This document shows positions 24,401-34,892 of a stretch of 64,000 nt of DNA, piece after piece (the first letter of the stretch is position 1; the number at the start of each line of letters is the position of its first letter). A model generated the notes under the pieces. The model was given only the letters and a program-made list of their open reading frames with translations, did no database searches and was not told the origin of the DNA. The position numbers and the translations under genes are program-made. The stretch comes from Antedon mediterranea (lineage: Eukaryota > Animalia > Echinodermata), in the NCBI RefSeq assembly GCF_964355755.1, contig NC_092675.1, forward strand, positions 10,597,812-10,661,811. The letters run 5' to 3'.

Positions 24401-27400
24401 GTGAACTTTGTACCGGCGGTGGGAACTTATATACAATGAACATTCAATAGAAAAACATGTCCATCTCAAATGATATTACACTCATAGCGATGTTATTCAG
24501 ACTCTAGCAAGACGTTAGCATTGAACGCAAATGTTATCCTTTTAGTAGCGTGTGTTTACCGGTGGAAGAAGTATCCTACGATCGTTTTGCCAATTGCGAG
24601 TGCGCTATTATTAGAGTGTCATAACCGGCCAACTAGAGGTGCCATTTATCATGATTTTTACGTGCAAGAGTACCATTTCCGGCCATCTATAGGGTTGTCA
24701 TTTAACAAATTTTGCTTTCTTTGGGTCGGGAGAATTCCAAAATTAGGATCATGCAGTCGATCGCGGTCAAAAAAGGTTGCGGAACGCTGACCTAAAGCAT
24801 ACGGTATAGTGCTATGTGTGTATAATGGATACAGTTGTCAGTGTCACGCCAAATTGACTCATTGCAAACTGTTCGGACCAATCGAGGGATGTCGCCATGT
24901 TGCCATTATGTTATGTTGAGAGAATCAAACTTACTAACACAATTAGAGGCTGAGGCCGTACGGCGAAATGGAGATCCCCTCTGTATTTATGGAGACCGAC
25001 TATACATAACTCCTTCGTGTCCATTTACAGGCTTTTTTTAAAGAGAACTTGACCCAAGCTCATGTTGATTACAACAGATCTATGAGCCAGTTTAAAGTGT
25101 TTATTGAATTTCTGTTTCGAGATATTGTAGAAAATTGGAGACTTTTAAGAAAACTCACAAATTTGATACGCCCAACTTTACTTACCTGATCGAAAGTAGA
25201 CTGGAACAGAATATGTTTCGCTTGTTTCCTTCATATAGCAATTGTAGTCTCCTGAATCCTCTGGCTGAGCCTGACGTATGACCAATAAAAACTCCCAATT
25301 ATCCCCATTTTGCTGAACAGGTGAGATATAATATTTAGGACTGGTAGACAATGGTTTGCCATGGTTTTTCGTCCAGTAGAGATGAGGGGCCACTGGACTG
25401 GTTTGTTGAACTGTACATGTTAAATGATGGTCTTGGTTTGTACCCGCGTTCAGTTGTGTTGGCTTCACCGTCACAGTAGAGTCTAAAATAAGAAATAAGT
25501 TATTTCAACGTAAACGTAAAGGGAGACCACCATGGAGGAACACTGTAAACTACCGGCGACAATGCTGATGAAAACGTCATTTTTGTTAAATTATTAAAGA
25601 CTTTTAGTTCTAGTAATTCTAATTTACCGTTATATTTACTACGGAATTAGGAGAAAACTAACTTATTCATTAAAACAATCAATTATTTAACAACAGTTTT
25701 TTTTTTATATTCCTATAGGCCTAATGAGCCTATTTATCTTTGTGAAAGAAATATAACTTTATCATTTTACGATTTGACATAATACTTTGGTTTAAGAAAC
25801 ACTAATGTTTATAAAAAGGAAAGAGGAGAAGGTATAGTATACTAGAGTGAATCCCACGAAAGAAAAAGACAATTCTATTCCATCTATCATTCACGTTAGG
25901 CCTGTTACAACCGTTAATGTAGAAAACGCCAGCTAATGTCGAAACAACCGTTAATGTAGAACAACCAACCGCTTATGTAGTAAAACCTCCAGCTTATGTA
26001 GAAACACCAACAGCTTATGTAGTAAATAAAAATCAACACCAGCTAATGTAGAAACAGTCAACAGCTTATGTAGTAACGAAAATTGCCTCCCAGCTTATGT
26101 AGTTACTATCGCCAGCTAATGTAGAAAATGTTATATATTTTACAAAAATGTCTCATTCATGTGCAAATGCATCGATCTTTACTTAGCTATCAGTCTTTCC
26201 ACCTCTCGTAAGCAACCAACTTTCTAAAACGACCACACATCGTAAGCAACCATCTCTGTTAAGGGACCGCTTCTCATAATCGACCACGTCTCGTAAGGGA
26301 TCACCTCCTCTCATAAGGGACCACTTCTCATAATCGACCACCTCTCGTAAACGACCACCTTTCTTAAGGACCACACCTCTCATAAGTGACCACCTCTTTT
26401 ATGGGACCATGACCTCTTTCTCTCTATTAAAGGACCGCTTCTCATAATCGTCAGTGACGACTCTTTTAAAGGACCACCTCTCTTAACGACCCCACCTCTC
26501 GTAAGTGACGACCTATTTTAAAGGACCACCACCTCTATTAAGGGACTGCTTCTCATAATCGACCATCTCCCATCACAATGACCTCTCGAAAGTGACCACC
26601 TCTATTCAACGACCACTGTCTCTGTTAAGGGACCGCTTCTCATCATTGAAGATTTAATAGAGATAAAGAGGTCGTGGTCCCTTAAATGAAGTGGTCACTT
26701 ACGAGAGGTGTGGTCGTTAAAAGAGGTGGTCGCTTACGAGAGGTGGTCGATTATGAAAAGCGGTTCCTTATGAGAGGCGGTGATCACTTACGAGAGGTGG
26801 TCGATTATAAGAAGCGGTCCCTTAATAGAAACGGTGGACGTTCAATAGAGGTGGTCACTTACCAGAGGTCGTTGTGACGGGAGATAGTCGATTATGAGAA
26901 GCGGTCCGTTAATAGGGAGAGAGGTCGTGGTCCCTTAAAAGAGGTGGTCATTTACGAGAGGTGTGGTCGCTTACGAAAGGTGGTCGATTATGAGAAGCGG
27001 TCCCTTATGAGAGGAGGTGATCCCTTACGAGACGTGGTCGATTATGAGAAGCGGTCCCTTAACAGAGATGGTAGCTTATTACGATGTGTGGTCATTTTAG
27101 AAAGTTGGTTGCTTACGAGAGGTGGAAAGACTGATAGCTAAGTAAAGATCGATGCATTTGCACATGAATTAGACATTTTTGTAAAATATATAACATTTTC
27201 TACATTAGCTGGCGATAGTAACTACATAAGCTGGGAGGCAATTTTCGTTACTACATAAGCTGTTGACTGTTTCTACATTAGCTGGTGTTGATTTTTATTT
27301 ACTACATAAGCTGTTGGTGTTTCTACATAAGCTGGAGGTTTTACTACATAAGCGGTGGATTGTTCTACATTAACGGTTGTTTCGACATTAGCTGGCGTTT

Positions 27401-29930
27401 TCTACATTAGCGGTTGTAACAAGGCCCCTATTCTAAACAAATTGTTCATTGCCCTCATTATTATTATATAATAATATAATCATTAAATATTCATGTAAAA
27501 TCTTTGATCCGTGTTACGAAATTTATTCTAATAGACTTGAAAGACAAAAAATTGCTTTGAAAATAATTTGTTAAATCATAGAACACAACTTATATCTTTC
27601 TTCCTTTAGAAGTCAATGTATTATTACTATCTTTAAGAACGTCACTCATACTATCCTTTTTTTTATTCACCTTTCATATATTTTATATGTTCAATAAACG
27701 TCGATCCGTTTAATCATCTCTTTTATCCATACACAGGTGGTTTAAATCATCATACTATCCCTCTGTTATCTCTCACAAAATATTATATATTTTAAATACA
27801 ACATTTTCCAATTAATACATAAACAACTTTATTTTTTAGGGTTTTTTCTGTTGTAATATTAATTAGTTAAGGGGGAGTTAAGTAGATTCGTTAGTAGTTA
27901 TTATTTAATCAAGTAAACTGTACAACAAAAAAAGTAAAACTATCTATCAATGTCTGTATAAGGGAACCCTGAAACTGTGCAGCGCAATCAGTAGAGTATA
28001 ATCTTGAACATCAATCAATCCAATATAAACTATGTCAACATACACGCTCTTAAATTTAAATAAACTGCCAAAAAACACATTTTTGTTTACGTTTGAGATA
28101 ACAACTGGATGGTTGTGTCAGTGAAATTGGGCTGAGTGAACAACAGGGCACCATAGGTTGAAAACTTATTTATATAATAAGTAAGTGATATATAAGTATG
28201 CTTGATACTCAAGTCATCATTTGAACCGATTATTGCCCCCTGGTGATTGTGTATTTGTCTACCACACATGGAGATATTTTTGTATGAATAGATAAAATAA
28301 TAATGTCAATCATCTATGCAACGTTCTTTAGTTCATTGTGATTGTAACCAGACTTAGAAAAAACGGCCTACAATATATTATATATTCTTTTTTCACGCTG
28401 CTGCTCTAGCCCGCTACGACCCATTAGGACTACTCAATCAGAAGCTAAATCAAGCAGCAGTTATAGTTCTAAGGACGACAGTTTTGCGAAAATGGAAACT
28501 CCACTATAATTTATTGATTCCAGCTGCTACAGTAGACCCAAAAAATGTCTGGGAAAAGAGTCTATTAGGACATGTCATGCTAAAATTACAAATCCCAAAG
28601 CATTTCTGGTATATTCACTGTCAGATATTAATTGAATTATTATCGAAACAGTCCATTACAGTTTGTGTTTGTAATAGGATACTTCACACTTGAAATATCT
28701 AGGGTGATGAAGTGACCCCAGACCTTAGCAATAAAATTAACTAAAGTGACAGAATTGAGTATTCACTTCTGTAACAAAAAAATAATATTTATTCACATAT
28801 AAAAAGAGAAAATACACCCAGAAACCATTGTCTGACAGACAATTTAAGAATTTGTTGCTTTAAATTACATTTTTTCAGGTAAAATAACTATTATGTGACA
28901 ATAAAATGACACATTCAAAAACATTTGAAATAAAAAATATTTTTCAATAAGCGAGCAGCGTTTTTTGTAAGAAATATTTCTTGTTTATATTTCAATCGAC
29001 ATGGATAAAAAAGTCTTTACTTTCACGTTGTATGTATCACCTTCTTTTTGTTTTCACTTTAGGTAAATTCGTAAACGCACATTTTGTTACAGAAAATAAT
29101 GAATTTAAAGTCTCTTTGAAAGATAGAAACATTTTGAATACAGTACATCTTTAAACATTCATTGTTTGTCTATTAATAAAAATGTACCATTTGTTTTTAG
29201 GAAAGAACGTGGTCGGATTCAATGAAAACATGATTTAATAATTATGTTACGAACTGTTGACATTATGTAGCACACATCGATCAAAAAGAGCTCAAAGCCA
29301 GGGAAGAGATAATATGTTCATCATCAGTACGATGTACCCAATAGACCGTACCCCTGGTAAAATTATAATTATCCAATTTCTCACTAAAGGAATATATTGA
29401 AGATCATCAATATATGCTACCGAAGCATGCTGTTTGCTATTTATTAAAATCAAATAAAGCACACAAAAACAACAAAATGAAAATTAAATCAAATGTTGTA
29501 ATCGTTTCCTTGCTTTATTTGTTCTATAGCAATTATATCATGTGCCATTGTTACATTAATATCAGAAACTATTTTATTCCATTTCAATCAGGATTCAAAT
29601 GTTTAAAACGATTGAATGCTTTAATTGCTTTATTGTGCTTTAGTGTAACATAAAATCAGTCTTTCTGCCACTTCTGATTTCAATCGTTTTTATGATGATT
29701 TAAAAATAAAAGGTAGATGAGTAAGAAAGGCGATTGAGTCGATGTTCAAGTGAGTTACCTTTAGTTTAGGAAACACTCGTTATCACTTACATATCACTGC
29801 AAGGCGATTATTAAAGTATTTTGTTATTTCTATAAAAATGTGTGAATCAATTATAAAGTAATTAGTACTTACGCTTAGAAGGAGCTCCAAATACAAGTAC
29901 AGGTGCAATTAGGTAGATATAAAGCAACAT
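9305..29930 (-). CDS. Gene B: LDL-receptor-family protein with N-terminal Ig domain (SP-Ig-8xLDLa-EGF-EGF-YWTD-EGF); 3' end unresolved
   Basis: 16 phase-compatible GT-AG exons: 29930-29873, 25482-25186, 23921-23808, 23298-23185, 21527-21402, 21269-21141, 20176-20030, 15215-15093, 14057-13946, 13424-13291, 12933-12808, 12447-12144, 12011-11775, 11394-11136, 9775-9631, 9496-9305. They give about 872 codons with no internal stop seen. LDLa C..C..DC.DGSDE, EGF and YWTD/YWSD/FWAD motifs are present. Confidence 0.85.
9631..9775 (-). CDS. Gene B exon: last YWTD blade
   Basis: [27 protein letters not shown]; donor GTAAGT. Confidence 0.88.
9828..10750. mobile_element. Probable non-autonomous Harbinger-type/MITE insertion with an internal ~190-bp duplication
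   Basis: Starts GGCCGTATTCAC, with a partial inverted match GTGAATAC near 10718. 10066-10235 is similar to 10258-10460. The right end is degenerate. Confidence 0.35.
11136..11394 (-). CDS. Gene B exon: YWTD propeller
   Basis: [31 protein letters not shown]. Confidence 0.92.
11775..12011 (-). CDS. Gene B exon: YWTD propeller
   Basis: [25 protein letters not shown]. Confidence 0.92.
12144..12447 (-). CDS. Gene B exon: Ca-binding EGF-B and start of propeller
   Basis: [28 protein letters not shown]. Confidence 0.92.
12808..12933 (-). CDS. Gene B exon: EGF-A
   Basis: [29 protein letters not shown]. Confidence 0.9.
13291..13424 (-). CDS. Gene B exon: LDLa 8
   Basis: [37 protein letters not shown] (not in the ORF track). 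Confidence 0.9.
13946..14057 (-). CDS. Gene B exon: LDLa 7
   Basis: [33 protein letters not shown]; the phase-2 end matches the next exon. Confidence 0.88.
14330..14795. repeat. Dispersed repeat, copy 1 (copy 2 at about 19280-19870)
   Basis: Shared blocks ATCGGATGTTGTGACGTCA, CCAAATTTCTTCAAC.CGTTAATATGTTGTTGCTCAGATAATTT and a terminal GTGACGAGTT. Confidence 0.75.
15093..15215 (-). CDS. Gene B exon: LDLa 6
   Basis: [36 protein letters not shown]. Confidence 0.88.
15470..16230. repeat. Purine-rich 61-bp minisatellite, about 10 copies plus a degenerate flank
   Basis: Unit AATAGAAATAAAGGAAAAGAAGGAAGGAAGGAAAGATAGGTAAGAAAGAAGGGAAAGAATG; the register shifts 1 base per 60-bp line. Confidence 0.95.
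16646..16712 (+). mobile_element. tRNA-derived (SINE head-like) sequence
   Basis: A-box TGGTCTAATGG, anticodon-like stem TCTGC/GCAGG and B-box GTTCGAGTTC; no acceptor stem. Confidence 0.55.
16789..18430 (-). mobile_element. 5'-truncated, degraded Tx1/L1-clade non-LTR retrotransposon
   Basis: Minus-strand fragments [40 protein letters not shown] (RT C-terminal part) and [18 protein letters not shown] (zf-RVT-like). T17 at 16789-16805 is the poly(A) tail. Confidence 0.85.
19280..19870. repeat. Dispersed repeat, copy 2, ending in a short hairpin
   Basis: Homologous to 14330-14795; ends ACTCGTC-AAAGT-GACGAGT. Confidence 0.75.
20030..20176 (-). CDS. Gene B exon: LDLa 5
   Basis: [37 protein letters not shown]; the first GT completes the split Cys codon of LDLa 4. 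Confidence 0.85.
20515..21085 (-). repeat. SINE-like fragment with about 6 tandem copies of a ~79-bp 3' unit
   Basis: TGTTGCACACCAAGAATAAC recurs at 20531, 20611, 20690, 20769, 20848 and 20922. The adjacent minus-strand GACGTTAAGCCGTTGGTC..GCACGTTAAAGAA resembles conserved SINE core sequence (recalled, not searched). Confidence 0.7.
21141..21269 (-). CDS. Gene B exon: LDLa 4
   Basis: [40 protein letters not shown]. Confidence 0.87.
21402..21527 (-). CDS. Gene B exon: LDLa 3
   Basis: [39 protein letters not shown]. Confidence 0.9.
23185..23298 (-). CDS. Gene B exon: LDLa 2
   Basis: [35 protein letters not shown]. Confidence 0.9.
23808..23921 (-). CDS. Gene B exon: LDLa 1
   Basis: [36 protein letters not shown]. 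Confidence 0.9.
24780..25150 (+). mobile_element. PIF/Harbinger transposase relic (DDE_Tnp_4-like)
   Basis: [48 protein letters not shown] across frameshifts, matching the Harbinger 'YGD.AY...FN..MS..R..VE..FG' region. Confidence 0.7.
25186..25482 (-). CDS. Gene B exon: immunoglobulin-like domain
   Basis: LTC(B strand)..LYWTK(C strand)..[16 protein letters not shown](F strand); phase 1-1 exon with TTTTAG acceptor and GTAAGT donor. Confidence 0.85.
25899..27426. repeat. ~1.5-kb foldback palindrome
   Basis: 25899-26400 is the near-exact reverse complement of about 26930-27426. The arms are built from AGCT(A/T)ATGTAG and GACCACCTCTC short repeats; the centre is near 26650. Confidence 0.92.
28393..28983. 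repeat. ~600-bp duplicated segment (uninterrupted copy)
   Basis: Colinear with 32786-32844 plus about 34780-35321 (TCACGCTGCTGCTCTAGCCC ... CAATAAGCGAGCAGCGTTTTTTGTAAGAAATATTTCTTGTT). Confidence 0.85.
29873..29930 (-). CDS. Gene B exon 1: signal peptide
   Basis: [19 protein letters not shown], then phase-1 donor GTAAGT. Confidence 0.65.
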
Positions 29931-30660
29931 TTTATTACCGCAAAATCAAATAATCATATAGCAATAAACACAGCTACCTGCTCAAAAGAATATTCTGCCA
30001 GGTTTGAAGAAGTTTAATTTTTCAATTGGATATAAGATATTTGAGAACACAGGGTGTGTGTAGCATTTAAAGTAATTGCAACTTGTCACCCTTGCTGTTT
30101 ATTGATATTTTACAAACTCCCTCTGTTAGACAAAATAACCAAGAGTTTTAAAAGTCGATATCCACAGGTTAGGACGTATGTCAAGTAGCGAATTGAAAGA
30201 AAAAAGTAATGTATTGGTTATCAGAAACTGTTGCGTTTTAGATGGCTTTTGTGATTGTCAGGATCTTTTTTTTCCTCTTTATCTATTATTTTTCTTTCTT
30301 TCTACGATTTTTGTTGCAGATGTATCTCTAATTCTTGTGAACAAATTGTACAACTTTGTCATAAATTAATGACACACGTGCAAGGCAAACTTTTATAATC
30401 GTTTGCTCTAAAATGGGTAATTAAAATATACCTATTTAATCTATTATAGCTCCTCATGATGGCTAGTGACCCCATTTAAAAATAACATATTTATAGAAGC
30501 TGATTTGCTGGTTTTAGATATGAATTGATATAAATGTGTTACCCATTTAATACAGTGACGCCATTGTATCGTAATTTTTAAAACATGATTTTTATCTTTC
30601 GCCAAAGTTCACAATTAACAGATACAGATACAATCTTCGATGACTTATTGATGTGCACAT

Positions 30661-32440
30661 CAGTGGTGGCGCCAGCGGGGGGCTACGGGGGCTGTAGCCC
30701 CCTCGTCGGGGAGCCTAGCCCCCACGTCGGGGAACGCGAGTACTTTTCGTCGGGGAATATAATATAAAGTAAAAATCATTCGCATTCACTTCGTAGCTTC
30801 AGCGACTAGAAAACCGCGAAGTTCCATTTTTAAGTACGTCGGAGGGCTATTACACTTTATTATGCATTGGGCCCGGCCCATTGCGGTTTACGCGTGATAT
30901 CATGTTCCACCCAGGGACCAGAATGTGTACTGTAGTTACTTTCCAGGCGAAGTTTACTGACGCGTTACGTCGTGTACTGTGTATCGACAGCAAAAGGGTA
31001 CGAATTATCTTCGCGATCTATTTTATTGTTGGTATGTTAAATTTTTTAATTTACGATTACCGTGGGGTACCTGAACCTGAAATAGACGTTTTTCACTGTA
31101 GGCTCGGCCTACATTACTAAACAAAAAACACGCCATTTTCGTTTAGCCAACATCTAAACTGATTTCCCCGACGGAAAATGGTCTACGCTTGTGGACGCAT
31201 TCCCCTCCAAATAAAAGGTAAAAAGGGTAACTTGTTTAGGCCTCTAGTCTATGTCTGAATTTTTTTAAAGTATAGGTGTAATTTTTGAAGACCTGCATCT
31301 CTAGTTTTCAAAATTGTCTTAGCTCAACCGTCCCCAATTATAGAGCTGGTCATGTATACTTACCGTACATTTTGTTTCATATTTCGATGTACAATATACA
31401 GTCAGTGCATTGAACCTAGAGCTCTATTTTTTCAATTTTTTTTTATATCCATGGTAGGGCTGGTTCTGGAGACGTACCGGTATATATCTTGTTTTATGCT
31501 TCGAAGTATAATAAGTTAAATTTCCGGGACCTAGCAACTCTATTTGTCAGAATGTTCTTAGCTCCACCCCAACCATGGTGGGCTGGACCTATAATTTCGT
31601 TTCATATTTCAATGTTTTGCAGGGACCTACTGCAGCTCTATTTTTGAAAATTTTCTTAGCTCTGGTTCTGTAGACTTATAATTTCGTTTCATTTATCAAT
31701 ATGGGCCTATATAAGTGCAATTTCCAGGTACCTAGCAGGTCTATTTTTCACAATTTTCTTAGCAGCTCAACCCTAATGGTAGGGTTTTTTCGAAATACTA
31801 TAATCCAATGTCCGGGGACCTAACAACTATAGTTGTTTAAATGTCCTTAGCTCCATCTCAACCTCGGTGGTTGCGCTTGTTCTCTGATAGACTTGTAATT
31901 TCGTTTTATATATCAATGTATAATTGCAATTTCCGGGGACCTAGCAGCCCTATTTTTCAAAATTTTCTTACAGATCAGACCATGGATATCTCGCGCATTT
32001 ACAATTTTCGCACCCCCAGACAACAGCAACCTGCCTACGTCTCTGCGATTATAACGATATACCTCTTGGCCCGTGGGTAGGTTTTACGTTCGCGTATATT
32101 TTCTATGATAGGCATATTGAACTTTAAAAACTTCATTTTTAAATTTGAAAGAATGGATTTACACAGTCATCGTACCGGACCTCTTGCAATGTGTTTTTCA
32201 CACAGTATTTTATTTATGCACCATACAAAATTGAAAAAATTGGCTAACTTAAATCTGATTAAAACGGCCTCAAATTACGCTATAACGCGTTGCTTCCGGG
32301 GGCTCCCCCCCCCCCTGGACCCCCACCAGGGGCCCTTGGCGGCCCCCCTGGCCCCCAGCCAAGTGATGCTCGCTCCACTCGCATAGCCCCCCGTCGGGGA
32401 ATTTAGCCCCCGCGTCGGAAAGATCCTGGCGCCACCCCTG
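30661..32440. mobile_element. Non-autonomous hAT-like element with 6-bp TSD
   Basis: TIR CAGTGGTGGCGCCAG / CTGGCGCCACCCCTG; GCACAT duplicated at 30655-30660 and 32441-32446. Internal degenerate GGGACCTAGCA..CTATTTTTCAAAATTTTCTTAGCTC repeats. Confidence 0.85.
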
Positions 32441-32844
32441 GCACATCGTACAGAAGTACGTACTTGCGGCAAATAATATTGCGCGCGCGTGCGCTGGTAC
32501 ATTATAAAGTTTGATTGATTGATTTTGGAACGTTGAATGTTTAATTTTATAAATACTTCACTGTGCTTTGACAAGAATTTGTGTTGTAATTGAGATTATT
32601 ACTTTCCATATTATTAAATAAATAATGCTTTTGAACCAGTGATATATAGCTGAAGGCTGGATGGCAAACTATAATGTTATCGCTGTTCAAAAAGTGATTC
32701 TCCATGATAGAGACGGAACCAACAAGATAGCAGCTGCAATACCAAGAAATGATTCATTCCATTCCATTTTATAAAAACTTCACTGTCACGCTGCTGCTCT
32801 AGCCCCACTACGTCACACGAGATGACTCATTTATTAGATGAAAT

Positions 32845-34187
32845 CATGGATTAAAGAATAGAAGGATATGCATCGACGTGAGATCAAGGGTTCCTTGACT
32901 CTCGCCGACAGACCGCGGACCGCCCACAATGTTACAGTTTAATTAACCGCATGGTAACAACGAAACGGTCGCGTGCCTAATATATTGTTTACTGCACATG
33001 TGCAACGACATTTAACCTTGTTGGCTACACTTCTTTCGCGCGTTCTTTGGTGGCATGATGTTTGTAGATGCTATCATTGTAATCATAGTCAACTATTGAC
33101 TATGTTGTAATTAGTATAGGTTTCTGCCGCGATTGATATACGCTAATGATTTTTTATGATTAAAGTAGCATTATGACCTATATGTAGTAGCCCTACATCT
33201 GAGACAATAACTATTTGTTGTCTCATTTGTTGTAAAATTACAAAATCAGCAAGAATGCTAGCCTAGGCCCAGGCCTTCTACTAGGCTAAAACTGGGCTAG
33301 TAAACCCTATGATTTGCCGACATTGATACTGCCTAGGTAGGCCTAGGCTAATCTTAAATGTAGTAGATACAACGTGTAATCATGATCTATATACTCACCG
33401 TTATCTTACTTCTTGTGTGAATAATAATAGGTACTTCGTTTGTTCGTGATTAAGTTTGCCCTGCGTGTACTTTTCAAAACGACCGCTAGGTAACGAATCG
33501 CAACTATACATAGCCAGCCAATCCGGATCAGGGATCGCTGTTTTCATTCAATTAGGCCCGGTGATTGGATGTGATGTGGATGACATAACCACTAGCCAAT
33601 CACCAGGCACTACAGTTTAAATATAATCACATCGATAATTAAGGAGATTTATGAAGAAACCACTGCTTAGCCATATATTAAAAACACGATTTTTGTATGT
33701 GTGAACACCGGCCACGCTAACAACATACATGGTCAAATGCATAATTTAATATTCTATAGATTAACGCAATTTTTAATGACAGAAGATGGCAGGCAAATAA
33801 TGATAATTCAAATATAAAAATTGCATATTTTATTAATATTACCAACTACTTAAAATTACCAGTCGTAAGAAAGTGAACTTTTCGTAGTCCGATTGTGATG
33901 AAACTAAAACAGAATTATTCAGCAATATATTTTTGTTGTCAATTAATCATCGACGCAGACATGTCAATAGAACATTCAGACTACGCATACGATTTCTACA
34001 TGGTTACGTTTTGGTCTAAAAAAATGTAACAGTTGATTCGCAGCGTTTTACATAGGGCCGCGGTTAGAGACACGGAGTTCAATGAACGTGTTTGTTTGAT
34101 TGGCAGCAGTGCTTTAGTATAGGCAAGCGCGTTGTAAAATCGTTTGATGTCACCGTCGATGCATATCCTTCTATTCTTTAATCCATG
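32845..34187. mobile_element. Non-autonomous DNA transposon, 34-bp perfect TIR, 7-bp TSD (P-element-like ends)
   Basis: CATGGATTAAAGAATAGAAGGATATGCATCGACG and its reverse complement; ATGAAAT on both flanks. The paralogous empty site is at about 28445. Confidence 0.85.
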
Positions 34188-34892
34188 ATGAAATCAAGCA
34201 GCAGTTATAGTACTACACTTTGACATTTTTGCTAAAATGGAAACTCAACTATAATTTATAGGTACCAGCTGCATTTCTGGTATTTATGAGTCCCATGACA
34301 ATACTGTCATACATGGTCAAATGCATAATTTAATATTCTATAGATTAACGCAATTTTTAATGACAGAAGATGGCAGGCAAATAATGATAATTCAAATATA
34401 AAAATTGCATATTTTATTAATATTACCAACTACTTAAAATTACCAGTCGTAAGAAAGTGAACTTTTCGTAGTCTGATTGTTATGAAACTAAAACAGAATT
34501 GTTCAGCAATACATTTTTGTTGTCAATTAATCATCGACGCAGACATGTCAATAGAACATTCAGACTACGCATACGATTTCTACATGGTTACGTTTTGGTC
34601 TAAAAAATGTAACAGTTGATTCGCAGCGTTTTACATAGGGCCGCGGTTAGAGAGACACGGAGTTCAATGAACGTGTTTGTTTGATTGGCAGCAGTGCTTT
34701 AGTATAGGCAAGCGCGTTGTAAAATCGTTTGATGTCACCGTCGATGCATATCCTTCTATTCTTTAATCCATGATGAAATCAAGCAGCAGTTATAGTACTA
34801 CACTTTGACATTTTTGCTAAAATGGAAACTCAACTATAATTTATAGGTACCAGCTGCATTTCTGGTATTTATGAGTCCCATGACAATACTGT
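33724..34892. repeat. Near-identical 584/585-bp tandem duplication
   Basis: CATACATGGTCAAATGC starts at 33724 and 34308; the copies differ at only a handful of bases. Confidence 0.95.

Noticed and set aside
26183-27141. Similar short ORFs on opposite strands ([12 protein letters not shown])
   Set aside because: Artefact of the palindromic repeat arms.
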